A stretch of 62,897 nt of DNA from an uncultured Clostridia bacterium (GCA_949841045.1 CATKXS010000006.1:1-62897), one strand, 5' to 3'; shown: positions 19,488-29,882, counted from the first letter of the stretch. Numbers and translations are program-made. Notes: a model not told the origin generated them from the letters alone.

Positions 19488-22238
19488 TTAACCTTTTAAT
19501 TTTTTTTCTTTATTCCTATGACCAAGTCTTAAGAAAAATTTGACAAGTTCAAAATAAGGAATAATGAGGAGAGCTGTCCCAAGTGCTAGTAGCCACTGCC
19601 ACCAATTAATTGTTGTTACGCCAAGAGCAGAGTCAAAAGCTCCTAGTGGAACAAGTACAATTATTATTGTAAGTAGCGCCGAGCCAAGAAATGCCCAGTT
19701 TAAATATTTGTTATCAAATGGATTTGCTTTAAATATTGATTTTGTTCTGTGTTTTAAATTGAATGCATGGAAAAGTTCAGTAAAGCACATATTTAAGAAG
19801 CAAATGGTAGTTACAACTTCACTTAACAGCCCCAGAACAAAGGTTGTTATGCAGTAAAGCGAAAGTGAAAGAGTTGTGACAAACAGGGCAGAACAGAATA
19901 TATTTATTCCAACTTCACCTTTAAAGAGGTTGCCCGAGTTCTTGACGGGTTTTCGTTTCATAATATTATCTTCTGCCTTTTCAAATCCTAGAGCCAAGCC
20001 AACAAAGGTGTCGGAGACAAAGTTTATCCAAAGTATAAGGGCAGGAGAGAAGAAATTATGGTCTCTGAAAATGAGAGTAATTGCTGTGAGAAGAATAAGT
20101 TCTGCGATTGATGTGCCAAGTAGGAACATGAGAATTTTGAGTATAGTATCATAAATTCTTCGTCCTTCTTTTACCGCACCAACTATGGTTGCAAAATTGT
20201 CATCGGTCAGAATCATATCTGACGCTTCCTTTGTTACGTCTGTCCCGGTTATGCCCATGCCAACGCCAATGTCTGCCGCCTTGATGGAAGGGGCGTCATT
20301 AACTCCGTCTCCAGTCATGGCAACAATTTTATTATTGGCTTTGAGTGCCTTTACAATTTTGACTTTATGTTCTGGACTAACTCTCGCGTAAACGCGATAA
20401 TTAAGCACCACTTTGGCAAATTCTTCATCAGGAATTTCATTAAGTTCTTTGCCAGTGATTACTGCTGAAAGGTCACTGCAAATGCCGAGTTCTTTGGCGA
20501 TTGCAAATGCGGTGTCTTTGTGGTCACCAGTAATCATAATTGTTGTAATTCCTGCCTGCTTACAGGTTTTGATTGCGTCTTTAACCTCTTCGCGTGGTGG
20601 GTCAATCATTCCAACAAGGCCCAAGAAACAAAGGTCGAATTCGGTATTTTCTGAGGTTGGTTTTGAAATCTTTTCGACATTTTTCATTGCAAAAGCGAGA
20701 TTTCTAAGGGCTCCGCCACCAAATTCTGCATTTATTTCCAAGATTTTTTCTTTATCAGCATTTGTTATCTTGCGGATTTTTCCATTGTCGAGTATCCGAT
20801 TGCAACGGGCAAGTATACTGTCTACGGCGCCTTTTGTATAAACTGTCGTATTTCCGTCAACCTCATGGAAAGTGGACATAAGTTTTCTATCGCTATCAAA
20901 AGGAATTTCTTTTATTCGCTCTAGCCCGCCTTCAAGTTTTTCTTTGTTAAAGCCAAGTTTATATCCATATTGAACAAGGGCAATTTCTGTTGGGTCGCCG
21001 ATAGATTCAAGCTTGCCATTTTCCTCTCTTACTTTTGTATCATTGCAAAGGAGCATACATCTTAAAAGTTCTAATATATTTCGGTTTTCTGAAAAGCCAT
21101 TCTCCTCATTTAACTTTTCAAGAGTAATGCCGCCACCTGAGGCGTCATCAAATTTCATATGGTTGAGTTCGTCACAGCCATGCCCCATAAAATATGCTTT
21201 TCTTACTGTCATTTTGTTGAGAGTGAGTGTTCCCGTTTTGTCTGAACATATGATTTCTGTGCTTCCAAGCGTTTCAACAGCAGGCAGTGTTTTGACAATA
21301 GCTTGATGTTCGCTCATTCGTTTAACGCCCATTGAAAGGGTGACGGTGTTACAAGCGGGCAGTCCTTCTGGAATTGCACAAACAGCGATTGCGATTGCCA
21401 TTGAGAAAGAGGCGAATAGACTTACGTCTGTGCAAACGCCAACTATAAAAACAACAATGCATACTACAAGCACAATGGCGGTTATAATTAGATTTGTAGA
21501 TTTAAGTCTTTTTGTAAGAGGTGTTGTTGTATTGTCAATTTCAGATAGCGCACTTGCAATCTTACCCATTTCTGTATTCATGGCTGTTGCAACGACAACC
21601 CCTTGACCTCTGCCATAAGTTACCACGCTGCCCATAAATGCCATATTTATTTGGTCGCCAAGTGCAGGTGTTTCATTAAAGACGGCTAAGGCATCTTTTT
21701 CTACTGGCAGACTTTCGCCAGTGAGGGCACTTTCTTCAATTTTGAGAGAATTACTTTCAATAAGCCTTAAATCGGCAGGGACGATGTCACCAGCTTCAAG
21801 GACTACAATATCACCAATTACAACATCTTCTGTTTTGATTTTGATAAGTCTGCCATTTCGCATTACTTTGCAGTAAGGCTTGGTCATGTTTTTAAGTGCT
21901 TCCATTGCCTTCTCGCTTTTCCGCTCTTGCAGAAATCCGATAGTGCAGTTTACAAAGACGACAATGAAAATTATGCCTGCATCAACAAATTCGCCCACTG
22001 ATTTTTCAATAGCACCAAGTACTATGCTGATGATTGCGCTTATAACTAATATAATGATTAAAATATCCTTAAATTGATTTAAAAATTTTATAAAGCCCGA
22101 TTTTTTCTTTTTGCTTTGCAAAGCATTTTTACCATTTTCGGCTAACCTTTTCTTTGCTTCTGCATAAGAAAGTCCAGCTTGCGAGGTTTGCAAACTTTCC
22201 ATGCAATTATTGGCATTTTGAGAGAAAAAGTTATTCAT
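19488..22238 (-). CDS. Ca2+-type (P2) cation-translocating P-type ATPase
   Basis: TGES, PEGL, DKTGTLT, KGA, DPPR, TGD, GDGVND motifs. Confidence 0.93.
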   Translation of the reverse strand: MNNFFSQNANNCMESLQTSQAGLSYAEAKKRLAENGKNALQSKKKKSGFIKFLNQFKDILIIILVISAIISIVLGAIEKSVGEFVDAGIIFIVVFVNCTIGFLQERKSEKAMEALKNMTKPYCKVMRNGRLIKIKTEDVVIGDIVVLEAGDIVPADLRLIESNSLKIEESALTGESLPVEKDALAVFNETPALGDQINMAFMGSVVTYGRGQGVVVATAMNTEMGKIASALSEIDNTTTPLTKRLKSTNLIITAIVLVVCIVVFIVGVCTDVSLFASFSMAIAIAVCAIPEGLPACNTVTLSMGVKRMSEHQAIVKTLPAVETLGSTEIICSDKTGTLTLNKMTVRKAYFMGHGCDELNHMKFDDASGGGITLEKLNEENGFSENRNILELLRCMLLCNDTKVREENGKLESIGDPTEIALVQYGYKLGFNKEKLEGGLERIKEIPFDSDRKLMSTFHEVDGNTTVYTKGAVDSILARCNRILDNGKIRKITNADKEKILEINAEFGGGALRNLAFAMKNVEKISKPTSENTEFDLCFLGLVGMIDPPREEVKDAIKTCKQAGITTIMITGDHKDTAFAIAKELGICSDLSAVITGKELNEIPDEEFAKVVLNYRVYARVSPEHKVKIVKALKANNKIVAMTGDGVNDAPSIKAADIGVGMGITGTDVTKEASDMILTDDNFATIVGAVKEGRRIYDTILKILMFLLGTSIAELILLTAITLIFRDHNFFSPALILWINFVSDTFVGLALGFEKAEDNIMKRKPVKNSGNLFKGEVGINIFCSALFVTTLSLSLYCITTFVLGLLSEVVTTICFLNMCFTELFHAFNLKHRTKSIFKANPFDNKYLNWAFLGSALLTIIIVLVPLGAFDSALGVTTINWWQWLLALGTALLIIPYFELVKFFLRLGHRNKEKKLKG

Positions 22239-22345
22239 CTAGTAATTAGTATATACAATTTCCCATTCATTTGCAAAAATTTTGACTTAGATTTTAAATT
22301 ATTTTGACAAATAAAATTTGCGGCGGCTATAAATTTGTTTTTGTC

Positions 22346-22374
22346 TTGACTTTTTAGGGCTCTTAATATAAAAT
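22346..22374 (+). promoter_or_regulatory. Sigma-A promoter giving a leaderless mRNA for the PurZ-like gene
   Basis: TTGACT-17bp-TAAAAT, ATG 6 nt later, no SD. Confidence 0.6.
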
Positions 22375-22380
22375 ATAAAT

Positions 22381-23703
22381 ATGAGTTATGTTGGTAAAAT
22401 ACATATAGTATATGACGGAATGTGGGGCTCTTGTGGAAAGGGTAAGTTTTGTGGTGAACTGGCTCTTGACAAAAGTCTAGATATTTCAGTTTGCGTAAAT
22501 AACAATGCGCCAAATGCTGGTCATTCTTTTGTATTTGAAGATGGACGCAAAGTTGTGACAAAACATATTCCAATCGGTTTTGTAAATAAAAATATTCCCT
22601 ATCTTGTACTAGGGGAAAGTTCGGTTATTGATTATGATAGGCTTGTTTATGAACTTGAAGAATATAAGGATTTACTTAACGGAAGAAAACTTTATATAGC
22701 AGATACTGCTGGCGTAATTTTGCCAGAGCATAGGAAAAGCGAACTTCAAAATCTTAAAACAGGAAGTACTTTCAGCGGTGCCGGCTCAGCGCTTGTTGAT
22801 AAAATTCAAAGGAAAAGCCCACTTGTAAGAGGGGACGAGCGGTTTAAGGAACTTGAAAGAAAAGGGCTTATTAAAATAGTGCCTTCAAAGACATTTTTTG
22901 CTATGATTTATAATGGATTGAGTGGTTTTAGCGGGAAAGAAAATATTTTGGTTGAACTTTCTCAGGGTGACGCGCTTAGTTTAAATAGTGATAACTATCC
23001 ACATACAACTTCTCGCGATTGCACACCAGCGCAAGCACTTAAAGATATTCATGCGACTGATTACATTCAAAATGTAAGAAAATATTGTGTTTTCAGACCT
23101 TATCCTATAAGAATAAATAATGAAAGCAAAGTTGGTCATATTTATACTGGTGATTTTGGTGGTGCTAAAGAAATCACTTGGGAAGAGGTTTGTGCTAGGT
23201 GCGGACTTGACAGCGAAGAAATAAAAAGAAATGAATTTACAACAAACACTAAAAGACTTAGAAGGGTGGCGGAACTTTCCATTAAACAATTTGGTGAGAT
23301 GCTTATGGATACAAAACCAGACGAATTGTTTTTGAATTTTGCCGAATATGTTGACGGTGGAATAAAAGATATGACACCAGAAAAAGCACAAAAAGTTCAA
23401 TATTATTTTGAAAACCCAGAAGATATGTCTGATGAAAATTTTGAAAAAGTTTGTGCGCTAAACTGGTCGCTTGAACATGTTCTTGGGTATATCCAAGATA
23501 TGGAAGAAAAATTTAAAAATATTTGCAAGGGCAAAGTAGAAGTAAATATAACTAAAATTGGAACTGGTGCAAAAGCGGGCGAAACTTTAAATAGAGAAGA
23601 TTTAAAACAAGCTTCATCTTCTAGACATGCAATAAAAGATATGAATCCTTATGATTATGCAGATAAGGACAATGTCCCAAACTTTGAAATGGGTTTAAAT
23701 TAA
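22381..23703 (+). CDS. purZ: Adenylosuccinate synthetase homolog with PurZ signatures
   Basis: DGMWGSCGKG (Ser for the PurA catalytic Asp), PNAGH, GST, QG..LSLN..YP.TTSRDCTP, PIR, TTNTKRLRR, PDELFLNFAEY (instead of TKLD). Confidence 0.72.
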   Translation: MSYVGKIHIVYDGMWGSCGKGKFCGELALDKSLDISVCVNNNAPNAGHSFVFEDGRKVVTKHIPIGFVNKNIPYLVLGESSVIDYDRLVYELEEYKDLLNGRKLYIADTAGVILPEHRKSELQNLKTGSTFSGAGSALVDKIQRKSPLVRGDERFKELERKGLIKIVPSKTFFAMIYNGLSGFSGKENILVELSQGDALSLNSDNYPHTTSRDCTPAQALKDIHATDYIQNVRKYCVFRPYPIRINNESKVGHIYTGDFGGAKEITWEEVCARCGLDSEEIKRNEFTTNTKRLRRVAELSIKQFGEMLMDTKPDELFLNFAEYVDGGIKDMTPEKAQKVQYYFENPEDMSDENFEKVCALNWSLEHVLGYIQDMEEKFKNICKGKVEVNITKIGTGAKAGETLNREDLKQASSSRHAIKDMNPYDYADKDNVPNFEMGLN

Positions 23704-23757
23704 TCTTCATATTGAATTTGTTTCAATTTAAGAAAATATGTTATTAAAGGAGGAGTT

Positions 23758-24006
23758 ATGAGTAAAGAAAATAAAACAAAAGCTGAAATAATTGGTGGTG
23801 CTTGTTGTGGAATACTTATGCTTGTTTGTGTCATTGTTTATCTCATTTTAGGTATGACATTAAACTTTTGGCATCCGGGCTGGCTTATTCCAGCTTGTGG
23901 GGGAATTTCTTGCGGAATAATCGGAATAGTAAGTGGTACAATTTCTGATTTGAAAAAACTTAAAAATAGCCATGACGATGAGAAAAAAGAAGAAGATGTT
24001 GATTAA
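23758..24006 (+). CDS. Small two-TM membrane protein
   Basis: AGGAGG RBS; VYLILG...WHPGWLI motif. Confidence 0.7.
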   Translation: MSKENKTKAEIIGGACCGILMLVCVIVYLILGMTLNFWHPGWLIPACGGISCGIIGIVSGTISDLKKLKNSHDDEKKEEDVD

Positions 24007-24084
24007 AAGAGATGCAAAAAAGCATCCTTTTTTTTATTTCAAATAAACTTGCTTTTTTTCAGTTTTTTTGTTAAACTTATGTGT

Positions 24085-25356
24085 ATGAAAATATCGGTCT
24101 TGACACTTGGTTGTAAAGTTAACAAATATGAAAGTGATTCGCTCGTTCGCAGTCTTAACGAGCGAGGCTTTGTTGCAGATGACAAACTTGAAGAGGCTGA
24201 TGTGTATGTAATCAATACTTGTGCTGTTACTAAGGAGGCTGAAAAAAAGTCTAGGCAGATGATTGCAAGATGTCGAAAGTTTAATAAAGGTGCAAAGATT
24301 TTTGTTTGCGGTTGTGCCTCTCAAAACAATAATATTCAGTTTTTGGATAAGAATGTTGAAGTGGTGCTTGGAACGAGCGGAAAGTTAAAAATTATTGAAT
24401 TTGTTGAAAATTTTGCAAAAAACAACGAAAATTATGTAAAAAACAGCCAATTTATCGAAGAATTACCACTTATTTATCAAGATGACATGATTGCCCAGCA
24501 GTCACGAACACGGGCTTATATCAAGATTCAAGACGGTTGCAATAACTTCTGCTCTTATTGTATTATTCCTTATCTTCGTGGACGAAGTAGGTCAAGAGAG
24601 CTTAATTCCATTCTTTCAGAAGTTAGCCTTCTAGGTGAGAATATAAAGGAAATAGTGCTTACTGGAATAAATGTGACCGACTATAAAATAAATGGTGAAA
24701 AGGGGCTTTTAACACTTCTTCAAGAACTTGATAAATTTGGAAAGCGAATAAGATTAAGTTCAATGGAGGACACACTTATAAGTGAAGGCTTTGTGAAAGG
24801 TCTTGCGGGCCTCAAAAACTTTTGTCCCCATTTTCATCTTTCACTTCAAAGTGGCTCTGATAGCGTGCTGAAAAGAATGAACAGGCATTATACTGCGGAG
24901 GAATTCGCAAGTTCTGTAAAACTTCTTAGAAAGTATTTTCCAAATGCTGGAATTACAACAGATGTCATAGTTGGCTTTTGTGACGAAAGTGATGAAGAAT
25001 TTGAGAGTACATATAGATTTATTGAAAATGTTAAATTTAGTCAGCTTCATATTTTTAAGTATTCGCCTCGCTCGGGAACGGTTGCCTATAAACTTTATAA
25101 GGATTTGCCGTTTGAGATTAAACAGGCAAGACTTGTTAGGCTTGAAAAGTTAAATGCTCTACTTAAAGAAGAATTTATAAAATCAAACGTAGAAGGCGAA
25201 GTCTTATTTGAAGAAAAGGTAGGCGACTACTTTGCAGGCTATACTAAAAACTATATTAGGTGTTATTGTCAAAGCGAAGAAGATTTAACAAACGAGATTC
25301 GTAAGGTGAGAATGCGTGGCGCGTTTAAAGACGGAGTTAAAGTCGAGATTATTTAA
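24085..25356 (+). CDS. mtaB: tRNA ms2t6A methylthiotransferase
   Basis: TLGCKVNKYES, NTCAVT, KIQDGCNNFCSYC; upstream of rpsU. Confidence 0.9.
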   Translation: MKISVLTLGCKVNKYESDSLVRSLNERGFVADDKLEEADVYVINTCAVTKEAEKKSRQMIARCRKFNKGAKIFVCGCASQNNNIQFLDKNVEVVLGTSGKLKIIEFVENFAKNNENYVKNSQFIEELPLIYQDDMIAQQSRTRAYIKIQDGCNNFCSYCIIPYLRGRSRSRELNSILSEVSLLGENIKEIVLTGINVTDYKINGEKGLLTLLQELDKFGKRIRLSSMEDTLISEGFVKGLAGLKNFCPHFHLSLQSGSDSVLKRMNRHYTAEEFASSVKLLRKYFPNAGITTDVIVGFCDESDEEFESTYRFIENVKFSQLHIFKYSPRSGTVAYKLYKDLPFEIKQARLVRLEKLNALLKEEFIKSNVEGEVLFEEKVGDYFAGYTKNYIRCYCQSEEDLTNEIRKVRMRGAFKDGVKVEII

Positions 25357-25470
25357 ATAAAAATTTCCTATTACATAAAAAAATAATAACAACTCGCAAA
25401 ATTCACTTGACAACGCTTATAATTTTCATTATAATTAAATAGATTTACAAATTAGAAGGTGGTGAGAAGA

Positions 25471-25653
25471 TTGACAACTGTTAAAGTGGGCGAAAACGAA
25501 ACTCTTGAAAGCGCTTTAAAAAGATTTAAAAGAAAGTGCCAAAAAGACGGAATTATCGGCGATATTAGAAGAAAAGAAGCCTATGATAAGCCTAGTGTAG
25601 CTAAGAAAAAGAAAAGAGAAGCTGCAAGAAAAAGAGCTAGAAAAAGAGGCTAA
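25471..25653 (+). CDS. rpsU: 30S ribosomal protein S21
   Basis: [13 protein letters not shown]...YDKPSV; probable TTG start. Confidence 0.95.
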   Translation: MTTVKVGENETLESALKRFKRKCQKDGIIGDIRRKEAYDKPSVAKKKKREAARKRARKRG

Positions 25654-25697
25654 TTAAAGATTGTTAATTTACTATACTTATTAAAAGGAGAAAAATA

Positions 25698-26048
25698 ATG
25701 GCTAACGTAATTGACCAAATCGAGAGAGAAAACATGAAAGAAACAATTGCTGAATTTAATATCGGTGACACTGTTAGAGTTGGCGTAAAAATTAAAGAAG
25801 GCGATAAAGAAAGAATACAAGCCTATGAAGGTGTTGTGATTGCTCGTAAAAACGGCGGAATTAGAGAAACTTTCACTGTTAGAAAAATCTCAAATGGTGT
25901 TGGTGTTGAAAGAACTTTCCCAATTCACTCTCCACTTATTGCAAGTGTTGAAGTTGTAAGAAAGGGTAAGCCAAGAAGAGCAAAACTTTACTATGTTCGT
26001 GCTCTTACTGGAAAAGCTGCTAAAATTAAATCAGCAGACAACAGATAA
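25698..26048 (+). CDS. rplS: 50S ribosomal protein L19
   Basis: GDTVRV...[11 protein letters not shown]...GVGVERTFP...RRAKLYY. Confidence 0.97.
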   Translation: MANVIDQIERENMKETIAEFNIGDTVRVGVKIKEGDKERIQAYEGVVIARKNGGIRETFTVRKISNGVGVERTFPIHSPLIASVEVVRKGKPRRAKLYYVRALTGKAAKIKSADNR

Positions 26049-26055
26049 TGATAAT

Positions 26056-26083
26056 AAAAGTCGCAAATTAATGCGACTTTTTT
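26056..26083 (+). terminator. Intrinsic terminator
   Basis: aaaagtcgca-aattaa-tgcgacttttt. Confidence 0.75.
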
Positions 26084-26226
26084 GTTGTATGTTAAGCCTT
26101 ATAATGTCTTAATTTTACTTGTATTTTTAAACGGAATTTTGAAGCTAAATTTATTTTCGACAAATTTCGACCATGTTGTTGACAAATAATATAATTTAAG
26201 ATATATTAACTATTGTGAGGCAGACG

Positions 26227-26916
26227 ATGATTACAAACGAACAAATAAAAGAATTTATTAGAGAAAATGCAGATGAGGCAAAAGCTCATTTTGACGAGGG
26301 GCTTATTACAACAAGTTATGAAATAAAAGGTATAAGCACAAAAAAGATGGCTGAAATGGCAAAGGAGATTGCCAAAGATAAAGTTGACATAGAAAACATG
26401 CCACTTACTTGTCATGAAGAGATACTTCTTGCGGGCATGGCTCTAGGGCTTTCAAAGATGAGTGGGGAAGAAAAGATTGAAGGACTTAAAAAACTTCTTC
26501 CATACATTGACAACTGGGCAACATGTGATATGATAGTGGTTAGGCTTAAAGGGCTAGAAGCTTATCATGACTTTTTTGTAGAGCTTCTTCATAGTAATAG
26601 ACCTTTTTATATTCGTGTGGGCATTGTTTGGATAATGAAATTTGAACTTAAAAATGATATTAGGGCAACTGTAAATCTTTTGAATGACAATGTAAAAAAT
26701 TCAAACTATTATGTTGAAATGGCGCTTGCTTGGTGTTACGCTGAGGCGATGATTAAAGATTTTGATTACATGATTGATTTCATTTTAAAGATTGAGCGAT
26801 ATGTTATAAGAAATAGAACGCTTCAAAAAGCGTGTGAGTCATTTAGAATAAGCGCCGAGCAAAAGGTACAAGTTAAGAAACTTAGAAGTAAATTACTCGG
26901 CATGGAAATCAAATAG
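26227..26916 (+). CDS. AlkD-like DNA alkylation repair protein
   Basis: IDNWATCD, YYVEMALAW, KACESFRIS. Confidence 0.8.
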   Translation: MITNEQIKEFIRENADEAKAHFDEGLITTSYEIKGISTKKMAEMAKEIAKDKVDIENMPLTCHEEILLAGMALGLSKMSGEEKIEGLKKLLPYIDNWATCDMIVVRLKGLEAYHDFFVELLHSNRPFYIRVGIVWIMKFELKNDIRATVNLLNDNVKNSNYYVEMALAWCYAEAMIKDFDYMIDFILKIERYVIRNRTLQKACESFRISAEQKVQVKKLRSKLLGMEIK

Positions 26917-27219
26917 GCAAACTTAGTTTGCATCACTATCGTAAATTATATTTGATATTCTAGCGTATTTTGTTCCAGCAACAAAGTACAAGCCTTACGC
27001 TTGGCGATTGTCGTTAGTCATATTTAAATCAAACATTCTTTTGCTTTCCGATAAGCCTTATGCTTGCCGAGTGACTTAGTCACATTATATATTAATAAAG
27101 AGGGCATAATTCTATTGGAGATAGAAAAATCTAAACATTCAATTCGTTTGGATTTTTTTTTGTTTTGTGTTAAAATGTCCACTAGATAGTGCAAATTTTT
27201 ACAAAAGGAGAAAATTTTA

Positions 27220-28752
27220 ATGTACTCCAAAGTTTATAGTTATGGTCTTAAAGGTATTGATGGTTATCCGGTTGAAGTTGAAACAGATGTCAGCAATGGT
27301 CTCCCACATTTTGAAATAGTTGGTCTTGCTGATACTGCAATTAAAGAATCTAAAGAAAGAGTTAAAAATGCAATCAGAAATTCAGCTTTTACTTATCCTG
27401 TAAAAAAGATTACAATCAATCTTGCTCCGGCTGATGTTAAAAAAGAGGGCGCACTTTATGATTTGCCAATCGCGGTTGCTATTCTTTCTTGTGACGAAGA
27501 AAACGAAGTAAAGCATGAAAAAGATTATGTTTATGTTGGAGAATTATCCTTTGACGGAAGTGTCAAAAAAGTAAAGGGGATATTGCCACTTTTGATTTCT
27601 GCCAGAAAACTGGGTTATAAAAAATTTATTATTCCTTATGAAAATTTGCAGGAGGCGAGTTTTATTTCTGGAATTGAAGTGTATGGCGTAAAGTCGCTTA
27701 TTCAAACCATTGCCTTTTTGAGAGGAGATGAGGAGCTGATGCCAGTTGAGCCCTGTAAGTTTGAAGAGGTTAAAAAATTTGGACAAATGGGAATGGACTT
27801 TTGCAATGTTAAAGGTCAAAAAATGGCAAAACGTGCACTTGAAATTGCAGCTGCAGGCGGTCATAATCTTTTAATGATTGGACCACCAGGAAGTGGCAAG
27901 AGCATGCTTGCAAAATGTTTCCCTTCTATCTTGCCAGATTTAACTTTTGATGAAGCACTTGAAGTCACAAAAATTCATTCAATAGCTGGTGAACTTGACC
28001 AGAAACTTGGAATTGTTTCAACAAGGCCGTTTAGAAGTCCTCATCATACCGCATCGACTGTTTCTTTAACTGGAGGCGGGAGCAATAGCAAACCGGGTGA
28101 AATCTCGCTTGCAGACCATGGAGTTTTGTTTTTAGATGAATTTCCAGAGTATACAAGGCATTCGATTGAAACTTTGAGACAGCCTCTTGAAGATGGTGTA
28201 ATTACAGTGGCTCGTTCAAATGCCACAGTTGTATATCCAGCAAATTTCACTCTTATTGCCAGCATGAACCCATGTCCTTGCGGTAATTATGGCTCAAAAG
28301 ATAGAGAATGTAGGTGCTCTCCTACGCAGATTACAAAATATCTTGCAAAACTTTCTGGCCCTATTATGGACAGAATTGATATACATATTGAAGTGGAGAA
28401 TGTCACCTATGACCAGCTTAAGAGTGATACTTTAGAAGAAAGTTCGGCCGAGATTAAAAAGAGAGTTGACAGGGCAAGAGAAATCCAAATTGAACGTTTT
28501 AGCGGGGCAAATAACTTTTGCAATGCTAAGATGAATGCGTCTCAGACACGTAAGTTTTGTAAACTTGATAGAGCTGGCGAGGTGCTACTAAGACAGGCGT
28601 TTGATAGGCTTAAATTAAGTGCACGTGCGCATGACCGCATATTGAAAGTGGCCAGAACTATTGCCGACCTTGAAGGATGTGAGACAATCCAAATGAAGCA
28701 TTTGGGAGAAGCAATTTCATATAGAACTCTTGATAGAAAATATTGGCACTAA
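27220..28752 (+). CDS. comM: YifB/ComM Mg-chelatase-like AAA ATPase
   Basis: INLAPAD, GPPGSGKS, PFRSPHH, GVLFLDE, MNPCPCG; upstream of dprA. Confidence 0.9.
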   Translation: MYSKVYSYGLKGIDGYPVEVETDVSNGLPHFEIVGLADTAIKESKERVKNAIRNSAFTYPVKKITINLAPADVKKEGALYDLPIAVAILSCDEENEVKHEKDYVYVGELSFDGSVKKVKGILPLLISARKLGYKKFIIPYENLQEASFISGIEVYGVKSLIQTIAFLRGDEELMPVEPCKFEEVKKFGQMGMDFCNVKGQKMAKRALEIAAAGGHNLLMIGPPGSGKSMLAKCFPSILPDLTFDEALEVTKIHSIAGELDQKLGIVSTRPFRSPHHTASTVSLTGGGSNSKPGEISLADHGVLFLDEFPEYTRHSIETLRQPLEDGVITVARSNATVVYPANFTLIASMNPCPCGNYGSKDRECRCSPTQITKYLAKLSGPIMDRIDIHIEVENVTYDQLKSDTLEESSAEIKKRVDRAREIQIERFSGANNFCNAKMNASQTRKFCKLDRAGEVLLRQAFDRLKLSARAHDRILKVARTIADLEGCETIQMKHLGEAISYRTLDRKYWH

Positions 28753-28763
28753 AAGGAATTATT

Positions 28764-29870
28764 ATGAGTGAAAAGAAGTCTAAGAGAGATGATGAAAAAA
28801 GAGATTTGATAATATTTTTATCTCAATTTGATTTATCTTCATCTAAAATAGAACAAATACTTGATAAACTTGGTGAAAAAGCAACTATTGAAAAGTTTAA
28901 AAAATTTAACTTTGTTAAAGACAAAATTTTGACAAGTACTACATATTCAAAAATAATTGAAAACGCTGACGAGGTTGTTTTAAAAACTTATTTATCAAAT
29001 CTTGAAAATAGAGGTATTAAGATAGTAACAAAAGCAGACGAAAATTATCCAAAAAAACTGCTTGAGCTCCCTGATTCACCATACATTCTTTATTACATGG
29101 GAGACTTAAGTCTTGCAGACGAACCATCTCTTGCAGTTGTAGGAACAAGAAAACCTACAAATTATGGAAAACTTAATACAGAAAAAATTGTGCGTGAGGT
29201 GGCGGGTGCTGGAGTGGTTATTGTAAGCGGTCTAGCTTATGGTGTGGATTCGATTGGACATAGGGCATGCCTAGAGGCAGGCGGAAAGACAATTGCTGTT
29301 CTTGGCTGTGGTTTTGATAATATTTATCCAGCAGAGCATACCTCTCTTGCTAAAGAGATTGCCCAGAAAGGTTTGCTTATTTCTGAATATCGTCCTAAGA
29401 TGAAAGCAACCAAATACACCTTTCCAACGAGAAACCGTATTATTGCTGGGCTAAGTGATGGCGTGTTTATCTCAGAAGCGGGATTTAAAAGTGGCACCAT
29501 TCATACAAAAGACTTTGCACTAGACTATGGCAGAAACATCTATTCTTTGCCTGGAAACGTTGACAGCATAGCTTCAGAACTTACAAACGATATTATAAAG
29601 CGTGGTCATGCGTCTATGGTTACTCGCAGTAGTGACATTCTTGAGGATTATCATCTTGAAGAAGGGGTAGAACAAACCAAAATGGCAATAGACGGGCTTT
29701 CTGAGGACGAGGAGAAAATTGTCGAATATTTAAAAAGCGGGGCGAAAACAATTGACCAATTGACAGAAAATTTGGAAATTAGTATAAATAATTTCAATAC
29801 TTGTTTGACAACTCTTGAAATTCGTGGAATAATAAGAAGAATGTCAGGCGGATATATTTCGCTAAACTAA
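28764..29870 (+). CDS. dprA: DNA-processing protein DprA
   Basis: VVGTRKPT.YG, VSGLAYGVD, FPTRNRIIAGLS. Confidence 0.92.
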   Translation: MSEKKSKRDDEKRDLIIFLSQFDLSSSKIEQILDKLGEKATIEKFKKFNFVKDKILTSTTYSKIIENADEVVLKTYLSNLENRGIKIVTKADENYPKKLLELPDSPYILYYMGDLSLADEPSLAVVGTRKPTNYGKLNTEKIVREVAGAGVVIVSGLAYGVDSIGHRACLEAGGKTIAVLGCGFDNIYPAEHTSLAKEIAQKGLLISEYRPKMKATKYTFPTRNRIIAGLSDGVFISEAGFKSGTIHTKDFALDYGRNIYSLPGNVDSIASELTNDIIKRGHASMVTRSSDILEDYHLEEGVEQTKMAIDGLSEDEEKIVEYLKSGAKTIDQLTENLEISINNFNTCLTTLEIRGIIRRMSGGYISLN

Positions 29871-29882
29871 GGGGAGGAAATT

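Noticed and set aside
19564-22077. Series of plus-strand ORFs
   Set aside because: Antisense shadows of the P-type ATPase; no RBS or recognisable motifs.
22381-23703. Plain purA annotation
   Set aside because: The catalytic Asp, the IMP-binding Arg and the TKLD GTP motif are all replaced by PurZ-type residues.
21000-25400. Prophage around the purZ-like gene
   Set aside because: The flanks are an ATPase, a small membrane protein and mtaB; no phage genes or att repeats are visible.
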